This document shows positions 50,130-61,479 of a DNA stretch of 64,000 nt, in pieces. Source of the stretch: Octopus sinensis (Eukaryota); NCBI RefSeq assembly GCF_006345805.1, contig NC_042997.1, positions 204,910,001 through 204,974,000 of the forward strand, in the 5' to 3' direction. Under the pieces are notes generated by a model that was not told the origin of the DNA, did not search any database, and saw nothing but the letters and a program-made list of their open reading frames with translations. The position numbers and the translations under genes are program-made. Each line of letters starts with the position of its first letter. Position 1 is the first letter of the stretch.

Positions 50130-51300
50130 CTTTTTGTAGGTGAAGCCTTCTTTATGAACCTTCTTCCATTCTTTTCTGAATTCTTGAAACAGTTGATGGA
50201 GTTACAGACCAATCAGCTGCTGTCTTACTCACACATTTCTCCATTCTTTTACCAAATTTCAATCTGAGCTCGTTTCTCATGCTTCTTCTTTGTCATTTTT
50301 ATTTGGCATCTGAAGATGAATTTGGACATGACTGTCAAGAGAAATGCTTACACAGACAAGATTTTTTGAGTTTTCTAGTGTTAAAAATAACATTTCGGAA
50401 AATCCAATTTACTAAAAGTAATAAGCCTATTTAAATGTGCAGGGGTGACTAAAGCTTCACGGGTTACTGTGCATGCATGTATATAATTGGGTTATCCGCA
50501 TGAATGATGTTAATGCATTATTTACAGATATAGATTTACAATTTTACACATATATTTATATATTTCACAGGCACAGGAAATAGTTTACCCCTATTCAGGC
50601 ATAGTTCTGACAATACAGTCTGTCTACCACCACTTGGGTTCTGTTTTGATCAGGAAAGCACAGAGGAAGGTTGTTTTGTTGGTTGAGAAATATTATTGAT
50701 GCTTTTAAGAAATTGGCTTACTTTTTGTTTCCCAGTATTTGTTGTACGTATATCATTGAAATCGAGAGACTCGCAAAAGGTAAGAGAATTATTATTTTCT
50801 TGGTTTAGCAACATGTCAGTGTTGCGGGAGTAGATCTATGATACAAGACGTTCTAACCTTGACCACCACCCTCTCTATTCATATGCATTGTCCACCAATG
50901 TATTTCCTTTCTAAGAATTGAAGGAATGATTTGAGAGATATTTGGCTGTTATTTTTAGTATTTTGTTTTCTTTGGAGGAGTTCACAGTGAGACGAGGTGT
51001 CTGTCTGAGGATAAACCATGAATCAATCGGGTTTTCTTTTTCTCTCTGGAGTTGGAAACCCTATAAATGCTGTTGCCTTTCCTTTCCTGTTTGTTATTGT
51101 TATTTTTGTGGTTTCACACCTTTTCATCCAGAAGAAGTCTATGTCTTCTCGTGAAGAAGTTTCTGTGATGTTCATTACCCCTCCTCTCAATATCTCTGTA
51201 TACTGCTGCCTGGTTCTGGTTATTTTTTTCTTTTTCGTTTACTGTTTTTCTCTTGGTTATTCTCTTCTGATTTCGAGGTTTCTCACTGACATCTTTTAGC
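50130..51300. repeat. Repeat U variant B, paralogous to 23560-24660
   Basis: Colinear similarity. Confidence 0.85.
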
Positions 51301-51539
51301 TCCTGTTTGAGAGTGGTCAGTTCGTAATTGAATGTCCTCTTTTTGCTATCTCAAAACATCACTTCTATCTCCTTCTTCTCTTCTTCTTGGTGAACTTTTA
51401 ATACCGTGTCTGGTAGTCTTTTGCTTACTTTGATATAGAATTATCTCTCTTCGAGAGAGTGCTTCGAATTCACAGTTATTTCTTCTTGAAAATTTTTTAG
51501 TCGGGGCACCGCCATATAGCCCTGACTACTATTGCTACT

Positions 51540-53560
51540 TTCGCAGTAAAATGATTTAGTTGTGGATGCAGATCGTCCATGTATGGTTCCAATCTGACCA
51601 AACATCCAACAAAAGGGTTTTGTTTAGTTCTTCTATAACAATTAATAAATCTGTCCTCAATTCATAAATCCAAGAAAACAAAATGAGTTTTGTGGTTAGG
51701 GTTTCTTCTCTAACTAAAGCTAGAAAGAATCTGTTTATCTGTTGAGCTGTTGTTTTTGTTCTGTTCCTTGGTTGTGTTGTTGTTGATGTTGTGTCCAGCC
51801 ATGTTGTTTGTAGTAAATCTCTGCATGCTAAATTCAAGTTTCAGTCGAAAATCAATACAATCTTTAAAAGGCTCCTTCAGTTAATACTTCTAAAGATTAA
51901 CCAGTTATTTAACAGGGCTTCAAAGATGGAGATAGTATTCATCGTATCTTCCATAAATAGTCTTCCATACTGAATACGTGACATGTCACTTCGTGTCTGT
52001 GTTTCCACATGTATGTATGTATGTATGTATGTATGTATGTATGTATGTATGTATGTATGTATGTATGTATGTGTGTATGTATGTATGTATGTATGTATGC
52101 ATGCATGTATGTATGCATGTATGTATGTATGTATGTATGTATGTATGTATGTATGTATGTATGTATGTATGTATGTATGTATGTATGTATGTATGTATGT
52201 ATATGTGCAGATTTGTATGTATTGTGTATGTTTTCTCATGCATATAGTTACATATCTAGACATACTCATATATATTTAAATGATAAACCTCTGGAAAGTT
52301 TTACAGATTTTTACAGTTCCAGTGATGGATTGGATCTGTAATCTTCGAATTAGCTTTCTCCTTTCTGGTTTTGAGAAGCCTAATTTCTCAAAATTGGTAT
52401 TTAGGCAGTGTGTTACATATCCCAGGGCCCCAATAATTACAGGTATAAACCTGAACTTGTAATCTGGATAGAGTAACTGCAGATTTCTCAATAGTTCAGC
52501 ATAGGTTTTCTCTCTTTCACTGTTCTACAGCTTTATGTTAACATCCGCTGGGCAGCAAATTTCCACAACTGTGCACAGTTTCTCTTCTCTATCCCAAATC
52601 ATTATATCAGGTCTCTTGTTCCTATATTTTATTGAGGCCATCACCGGTACATTCCAACAGTATTCTTTCTCATTATGAGTGGCTATGGCATCTACCATAT
52701 TGTGGGTTCTTATTTCTTCCTTCTCGGGATTATCTTTCCGACGGATTTCATTATAGTGTCCATCATGACGTTTTCGGACAACTACTTATGATGTGGGTAA
52801 TATCTTCAGTGTGAACACCACAGAATCATCGTCACATTTTACTGCTTTTCCTGCATCTCTATCCTTTTTGCGCATCAGGTACTTGGTTGATATTTCCTGA
52901 TCCGGCATTGCAAATGCACACCCTTCAAAGTGGGAGGTAGCAATTCAGCTATTGGTCCATGATAAGCTGCTTTGATGATCGATGTTACTATCATCACGGA
53001 GCTTTCTACTATCATATCCATGCATGCTCGTTGCTTACATAGGCTCATCCTTTCATCTGATGATAAGTTGCAGTAGAGTCGTGCGGCTTATTTGAGCATG
53101 TATTCTAGGTTATCAGACAGAGTGTTGCTCAAGGAGCTGCCTTCCAAGTCTTATGATGTTATTAGCTTCATGTATGCAAACTTGGTCAAGGGATGCTCGT
53201 CGACAATTGGTGTGTAAAAGATTTTGCCGAAGGGATATGATGCGACATTGAAAGGCATTTGGGATAGATGTTAAGCCTCTGCCACCTTGTTTTCATTTTA
53301 TGTAGGGGAGTCTACGTTGGGACTAGTACTGGCACTGCAAACACATTGTGGGACACTGGTTCATTGAATGTAGAAAGTTCTGAGGTCCAAAGTTTCTTTA
53401 TTCGGCTGTAATATTCTTTAGTGACAGGTGTTTCGTTACAGGTGCTAATGGAAGATATATTTTCATCCACCCCTAGATACCAGATACAGGGGAAACAGTT
53501 AAATTATTGAATACTTTTTAGGGTGCAATGGTGCGTTTAGGTGACTCTCCTGCATTTAAT
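51540..53560 (-). mobile_element. R4-like LINE remnant with (TATG)n
   Basis: YPDYKFRFIPVIIGALGYVTHCL..RRLQIQSITGTVKICKTF; upstream GGRGLTSIPNAFQCRIISLRQ. Confidence 0.8.
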
Positions 53561-53577
53561 CACTGTCCTGTTATATG

Positions 53578-53617
<40 letters not shown>

Positions 53618-53865
53618 CATATTAAATTAGAGATAAAACCACTATTAGGCAAATCAAATAGTGAAAAACATAAGGCAATACATAAAATTAATTTAAAAAT
53701 ATAAAAGTTAAAACTTAAAAAATAAAAAAATTATACATACAGTCATCTCACAACTTTAGTCACACCCAGAAAAGTTTATATATATATATGTATATTTAAA
53801 TGGGTTATTCCCCTGACTGATTCCATTATGTTCTTTACAAATGCATTTACAATTTTATATTTATA

Positions 53866-55432
53866 CTAGCAGTATCGCCCGGCGTTGCTCGGGTTTGTAA
53901 GGGAAATAACTATATAAGCATTTTTAGAGAGTTATAGCCAAAAAATAGCCAAAAAATGCATTAAAAATTGAAAAAAAATTAAGGTAAATTTTTTTTTAAA
54001 TCGTTGACACATCGTAGATATTTTTAGAGAGTTACTTCCCTTATATAAAAGCGAAAAAAATGCATTAAAATGGAAAAATATGATGGTAAATTTTTTTTAA
54101 ATCGTAGACTCATCGTAGACGCACGCTAATACCCAGAAGGGCTCGATATGAATCACGACTATAAGATACCCGCTTTTGGTTAAACTGCACCGCAAAATGT
54201 GGGAGTAGTTAGGAATCTAAATCGTAGGAGACAGACACACAACTTCACTCTTTTATAAAGATGCTTTTTTTTTTCAGTCATAGAGTTAGATTTATGAAGG
54301 TCTTCAGTAGAAAATCCTTCGAATTCTGACTCGCTGCTTGATATAATGAAATTCGTATCCATTTTTTGTCAGAATTACAAATTTTGAAAACACAATAGGA
54401 ACAAATTTCGGAAAAAAATCTCCCATAATTCACGGAATTAAAATTACACTTCGATTTTTGTACAAAACTGTAGTTGAAGTGTTTACGAAGTATAATACGT
54501 GTTTTCACGAATGTGACTAAAGAGATTTGCTCTGATATTCTCATTTAAATATGAATAGGTAAATTCGGGCGGCTTGGTAACTATATATAAGTGTCGTCTG
54601 TTTATACATAAACACTGTTTCATACTGCAATTATATATACATATATCTATATATAATATTATATAATAAAATATATACAGAGTAAAATAAAAACCAATTT
54701 ACCTTTTCTGTCCGTCCGTGTGTCTTTGCAAATGTTTTGGAATGATAAGTGAGTTGAGTTTTGGCGCCTTTTTTACTAATAACAAACACACACGTGTTTG
54801 TATGTAGTTGTATGTGTATAAGTTGTATGTAGTTGTATATGTATGGTATGCGTGTGTGTGAGGAATGACACACACACACTCACGCACGCACACATGTACA
54901 TCAATGCTTTCGGAGTGATATGTTAAAATATTGAGTTTTCTCTCGAATTTTGTCTTAATTGGTGGTAAAATTGAAAGAAATTTTTTATGGCATCACCCAC
55001 TGAAGTACTCTGAAAAATCTTAGGTAAATTCTAATTGAAGAAATTGTGTGAGGATTAAATGGTTATGTATTTATTTGTTTCTGTTTGCTGTGTTTTTTTA
55101 TTTTTTGAGTAGTGGTTTAAATACTTTCAGTTTAGTCTTCCTCAAATCACTCTATCGCTATTTACTTTCATTTTATTCATCGCACACTGTGTGTGTGCGT
55201 TTGCGTGTGGTGTAAACCAGACTAAGAAAAGCATTTGACACACACACGAGAATGTGAGTTTTCTGTAAATTTTGCTTAATTGGAGTTAAAATTTTAAAAA
55301 CTGGACCTGGCATGACGCGATGCATTGTACTCTTAAAAATGATAGGTAAATTGTAATTGAAGAAATCCTATATTGTAGATTTGTATAACTCCCAAAGGGA
55401 GGCAGATAAAATCTGCCTTTTATAATAAGAGA
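53866..55432 (-). mobile_element. Composite non-autonomous Helitron (inner TC start at 54261)
   Basis: Minus A|TC...CTAG|T, no TSD; empty paralogous site TTATA|TATTCT at 8030/8031. Confidence 0.92.
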
Positions 55433-56030
55433 TATTCTACAAGTATTGCAAATCACTCACTCATGTTCAAGCTTAGTTATGATAGTACAGCCTGTCTACA
55501 CCTATTGTCTAGGTTCTGCCTTAATCAGGAAAACGCAGAGGAAATTCATTTCGATGTTTGAGAAATATTACTGAGATTTTTAAGAAATTGGCAAACATTT
55601 TGTTTTCCAGTATTTGTTGTACGTATACCATTCAAAGTGACAGACTCAGAAAGGTAAGACGATTATTATTATTTGTGTGGTTTAACATATTTTCCTCCAG
55701 AAGAGGTCTCTGTCTTCTCGTGAAGAAGTTTCTGTAATGTCCACTGCACCTCTTCTCATGTCACTGTATACTGCTGCCTGGTTTCGCTTAAATCTTTTGT
55801 TTACTGTTTTTCACTTGGTTATTCTCTTCTGATTTCCGGGTTTGTCACTGACAACTTTTTGCTCCGGTTTGAGAGACATTAGTTCGAAAGTGAGTGTCCT
55901 CCGTTTATCTGTTGAGCTGTTGCTTTTCTTCTGTTCCTTGGTTGTGTTGTTGTTGATGTTGTGTCCAGCCATGTTGTTTGTAGTAAATCTCTGCATGCTA
56001 AATTCAAGTTTCAGTCGAAAATCAATACGA

Positions 56031-57495
56031 TCTCTTATTATAAAAGGCAGATTTTATCTGCCTCCCTTTGTAATTTATATAAATCTACAATATAGGATTT
56101 CTTCAATTACAATTTACCTAGCATTTTTAAGAGTAGAATGCATCGGGTCATGCCAGGTCCGGTTTTTAAAATTTCAGCCCCAATTAAGCAAAATTTAGAG
56201 AAAACTCACATTCTGGTGTATATGTCAAATGTTTTTCTTAATGTGGGATACACCACACGCAAACGCACACACACACAAAGGGAGCGACTGTTTCACTGAC
56301 GCTATCACCCTTCTCCTCCTTTGTCTTTGCAAGTTTGCAGCTATTAAAGTGAAAACAGTGAATCCGACAGCGATTAAGAAAATGAATTGGTACCTGAATG
56401 GAGTGAAAATTTAAAAACTGTTTCTTTCGGTGATTTTTCTGAAGAAACTGCACCAAGCCACAGACTTTCCCAGAAGAGTATAAAGCCTTAAACTATTTCT
56501 TTTTACTTTTTCGAATGAGCCTATTTGAAATCATTACGCTAAACGTAAACAAAGCGAAAGAAAGGATAGTTTGTTATTTCCCACAACCTTAAATTAAATT
56601 AAGGCCTATTTTGCCATAAATATTATTATGGGTATCAGAAAGTTACCCAGAATAACAAATTCTATCGTAAAATTTTGTTGTATACCCAATTGAATATTAG
56701 CTAATAACCCATTTTCTATAGCAATGTTTGAACAAAATTTTAATAATTTTATATATTGTTGAATTTACCTGTATCTACCTGCAATTAGAGTCACTTTGTG
56801 ACAAAAATCATAGTGTAGAATTGGTTGAGAATATTTCATTAAATTATCTTCCAAAAATCAGATTAATATATTGATAAATAAAAAAGTTATAGTTGTTTAA
56901 TGAAACCAGACTAAATTTATGATTACGTTAGAAATTAATTGAAACACATAAGGGGTGTAATTTGGTCAGATATATAGTGACGAAAGGGTTAAGAAAAACC
57001 AAAAAATATTTTATTCTTTATAAATGTTGTATTCAAAATAACATTTTCTTTTAAGAATGTGTATATAACAAAGTATGTGTATATAACTACGTGACTTATA
57101 TCTTTATATATAAGAGTGAAGTTGTGTATCTGTCTCCTACGATTTAGATTCGTAACGACTCCCACATTTTGCGATGCAGTGTAACCAAAACCAGGTATCT
57201 TATAGTCGTGATTCATATCGAGCCCTTCTGGGTATTAGCGCGCATCTACGATGAGTCTACGATTTAAACAAATTTACCATCATATTTTTCCATTTTAATG
57301 CATTTTTTTGCTATTATGTAAGGGAAGTAACTCTCTAAAAATATCTACGATGTGTCAACGATTTAAAAGGAAATTTACCTTAATTTCTTTTCCATTTTTA
57401 ATGCATTTTTTCCTATTTTTTGGCTATAACTCTCTAAAAATGCTTATATAGTTATTTCCCTTACAGACCCGAGCAACGCCGGGCGATACTGCTAG
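56031..57495 (+). mobile_element. Composite non-autonomous Helitron (inner TC start at 57101)
   Basis: A|TCTCTTATT...CCGAGCAACGCCGGG..CTAG|T; empty paralogous site AATACAA|TCTTTAATAAAAGG at 8626/8627. Confidence 0.92.
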
Positions 57496-58270
57496 TCTTT
57501 AATAAAAGGCTCCTTCAGTTAATTCATCTGGAGATTAACCAGTTATTTAACAGGGCTTCAAAGATGGAGATAGTATTCATCGTATCTTCCATAAATAGTC
57601 TTCCATACTAAATACGCGACGCGTCACTTCGAGTCCTCCTGTCCGTATGTATGTATGTATGTATGTATGTATGTATGTATGTATGTATGTATGTATGTGT
57701 ATGTATGTATGTATGTATGTATGTATGTATGGTTGATATTTCCTGATCCGGCATTGCAAATGCATACCCTTCAAAGTGGGAGGTAGCAATCCAGCTATTG
57801 GTCCATGATAAACTGCTTTGATGATCGATGTTTATATTGTTTAGTGAAAGGTGTTTTGTTACAGTTGCCAATGTAAGATATATTTTCATCCACCCCTAGA
57901 TACCAGATACAGGGGAAACAGTTAAATTATTTACGGAGTTGTTACTAGTCTGGTTTAAAGTATTCCCCCTTTTCACAACCATATGACAACATTTATACTG
58001 ACCAAACTCCAACCCTACATCCTTTGAGGATGTTGTAACTAGCTCAAGGCTCTTTTTCATCTCATGCATATTCTTTGCATAAAGTTTTAAGTCAGTCACA
58101 AAGAAACAGTGTGTAATTTTGGTATTTCTGTTTCCTTGTGAACCAGGGAGATATCCTACAGACTTCCTTAACATGAATGAAGAAGGGTTTACAGAAAGTA
58201 TAAACAACATCACAGAGTGGCTGTCCCCTTGGAATATACCTTTGCGATATCAGTGATCATACATTAACTC
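57496..58270 (-). mobile_element. R4-like LINE remnant including the RT core
   Basis: KGIFQGDSHSVMLFILSVNP..FVTDLKLYAK..GLEFGQYKCCHMVVKRG. Confidence 0.8.
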
Positions 58271-58959
58271 TTTGTGATTAATTTTAGTATAGTGGACTAC
58301 GATGAAGTCAGCTCTTCTATGGTTTTGACTGTTCTCATTGTAACTTTAGCAAGTTGAGGGGTTTCCGGCACCCATGAGTAGGGAACACAGTGAAAGGTTT
58401 TCTTGTAATGTAGCCACAATGAAACTCACTTCCTCCTATGCTCTCGCACCTCTGACACCTCAGTTTTCTTTATTAACAATTGCTCGGTACATGTATGTAT
58501 GTTACATATATATATATTTCTCTCTCTTCTGTTTTTGATAATTTAACCCATTAAATTCCAGAGTAATGAAATGTTTGAATATTTCTTTTAAATTTTCAAA
58601 GATTATTGAAAAAAAAAGGGTAAAATGAAACAAAATCAATTATAAAAACTGCTTTACTTCAAGTAGAAATGGAAATACACGGGTTTCCCATAAAGAGGAC
58701 CCTGGCCCAATGTGATATATTCATAAAGTCAAAATCCCTCATATGTTATCTGTTAATATATTCTATTGGTATTAAAGTTTATATGTAAAATGGCTAAAGT
58801 TTTTGAAAGAATACAGCGAAATAATAGACTGAAATACAAAAAATACGATACAATTAAAGATTGAAATACAAATCATACAAAAAAAAAGATTGAAAGAAAT
58901 CTATTTATAAGACTATGCCTTGAGGAAATGGGCCAAAACAGTCTAGACTCAGGGTGACG

Positions 58960-60110
58960 TTGCACTTTTCACAATAATTTAGTGAATCAGTTTGTAAATA
59001 GTCCACGCATTGACAACAGTCCTATCAATAACTCTAGCCAACAATGGTCTGCACCACTCTATGCGTCTAATTGAGGTTGCACATTTTGACACCAACCAGT
59101 CTGGTTTGACAACTCCACCCATGCAATTGTTATATGAGCCGCAAACATGGGGTCGGGTCACATTGCCTTGCTTTTACTTCCTTTACTCTAGCGTTGTACA
59201 TTGCAAATGGGTTCGACTGAATCAGGATTAGTCCCAATTCTCAAACATTTAGTGTCAAGCCAACTAACTACAAAGATTTCATTATTGATTTCAAATCTAT
59301 AATTATATGAACATCTTGGCTCCTTTCTCATCAATGCTCTTTCCTTTAGAGGACATCTCTTGAGACAATTATCTCTCGTAGCGGTTGTTTCAAATCATAT
59401 TTGCCCGAGGTGCACTAACAGATCATACTTTGTGAATATATTATCAAAATATACGGAATGTGACCGAGGATCATCTACCACTCCAAGAAACTCTCCTTCC
59501 AAGTGGAAGATCGTCTTCGGATCCTTTTTGAATTCTCTTGCCACAATACAGATGAAAGTTGTAACAAAATCCTGAAACACCGCACAATGCCCAAAACTTT
59601 TAACGAAATCTTATGGGTTTCCCTTTTATAAATTGTTTGAGTGAATTATGCCCCCATAGTAGTTGACCATCATTACATCGACTGACAGACTCTTTTCAAA
59701 AATTTCGAATCTCTTGAAGGAATTCTGAATCATGGTAGAGATAGAACGACGTACGTAACCATTATCATCTTTATTCTCCTCCCAATTTTCGTTATTCTGA
59801 AGTGAATGGTGCTTTAAAGATGCTGGAGTGGATTTCTTGTAATAGCGGTTTTGATTAATGGTACACCCAGATCTTCGTCACTTGACCAGTGGTTTCTTGT
59901 GAGGGGTAACCTAAGATAACTGGAATATATTAGAACTCCAAGAACTGTTTCCATTCATCTACAGAAAAGGTTTCGGTTTTAATCCTTCCGGGCCGCAGAA
60001 TATCGAACGTTTTCTTTCGCTGTGTAGTCATATATTTCTGGTGTTTGCATTTCCTCAAACATTTCAACAGGGCTGCGTTATTGCACAGCATCTTGCATTT
60101 TTCTAAAACA
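58960..60110 (-). pseudogene. piggyBac-family (PGBD-like) transposase relic
   Basis: SPVEMFEEM..GVLIYSSYLRLP..HWSSDEDLG; HSVYFDNIFTKYDLL; YNNCMGGV..IRRIEW..IDRTVVNAWTIY; many stops and frameshifts. Possible terminus TTAA|CCC at 58543-58549. Confidence 0.8.
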
Positions 60111-60179
60111 TTCTAACTAATTCTTAATTCTTGGCTGAGCTTTTTGTGTATTCAAGTATCTCTTTCGATGTAATCGAGG

Positions 60180-60400
60180 TGCTCCTCCCGCAAATATTTC
60201 AGGCCTAATGTAGAAAGGATTATTATTGGTATGAATGCAAATTCGTAATCTGGGTATAGAAGCTGGAAGTTACAATGCATTTGTCCATAATTAGCTTCTT
60301 TGTTTTTGATTTTCAAAGAGATATTCCCATCAGCAGGGCAACCGACCTGTACGACGGTACATTCTTTTTCTTGTCTGTCCCAGACAACAATATCTGACTT
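60180..60400. repeat. SINE-tail/R4-fragment junction duplicated from 11365-11580
   Basis: ATTTCAGGCCTA..GTAGAAAGGATTATTATTGGTAT..CAACCGACCTGTA shared, including the junction. Confidence 0.8.
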
Positions 60401-60569
60401 GTTACGCTTACCTTAGCATGAATGCACACCTGTTTCTGTCACACCAACCTCTCTTCATCTGGCACAACATCACTTCTTCCAATGCTCCCTCCCCGTCTGA
60501 AAGAATATTTGTCTTGCAAATTACTTGGTGACCCTGCAAATGTTGGTGCCAGGTAAAGAGCCACCAATC

Positions 60570-60870
60570 CACACTGTGAAGTGGTTGGTATTTTCGAAGG
60601 GCATCCAGCTGTAAACATCATGCCAAAACTGGCCTACTCTGTGCTGGGGCCACGTAAAAGACACTCTTCCGGCCTGTTGGTTAGGAAAAGCATCCAGCCC
60701 TAAAATCCATGCTAAAATATACACTGAAGCCTTGTGCAGGCTTTTGCCTAGCCAGCTCCTGTCAAACCGTCCAAACCATGCCAGCATGAAAAGCAGACGT
60801 GAAATGATGAGGATGATGACGATTATGATGAAGATGACAAGGATGATGATGACGGCGACGACGATGATGA
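60570..60870 (+). mobile_element. SINE 3' region with (GAT)n tail
   Basis: Duplicated AAG(G/A)GCATCCAGC motif, GCTCCTGTCAAACCGTCCAAACCATGCCAGCATG and a TGATGA tail. Confidence 0.6.
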
Positions 60871-61479
60871 TTAATCTATATTTTCAGCTGCCCCTAAGAA
60901 CGTCAATGGCTTCAATGTCTCTTTTATTGATTAGGTATTTAGTAGCAATCTCCCGTTCTTGGACTGTAAATGCATACCTTTCGAAGCCTAGTGTGATGTA
61001 TCGGTCATGAGTCCAAAAGGGGCTTCATTTCATCTCTGTGTTACTATCATCTTCAGGTCTACAAGAAACGTACTCATACATGGTCATTTCTTAGCGTTCC
61101 ATTTTGAATCTGTTTGAAACGAAATTCATACTCATTTCATATATCTTTACCATCTACATTCAAACCTCCGTATTTTCAGTTCAAATATAACTTGATTCAG
61201 TTATGATGCTAATTTTAATACCTTGAACTAGGTAGCATCGAATGCAATAGAACATCTCCTGCAACCTTTGAATAGAAAATATCGACCTTGAAACGGGGAT
61301 ATGTTTAACCATAAAGGAGGTACTCGGCAACAGAAAAATGCATTGATTTCTCAGATACATTGACCACAACACTTATGATTATTTCGTAACATTGCAAATG
61401 TTTATGAAATAAAGAAACGGAGTTGAATCTTCATTACTTAATATGCTTTGTTTTTTCATATTTTTACAGATAACCAAAT

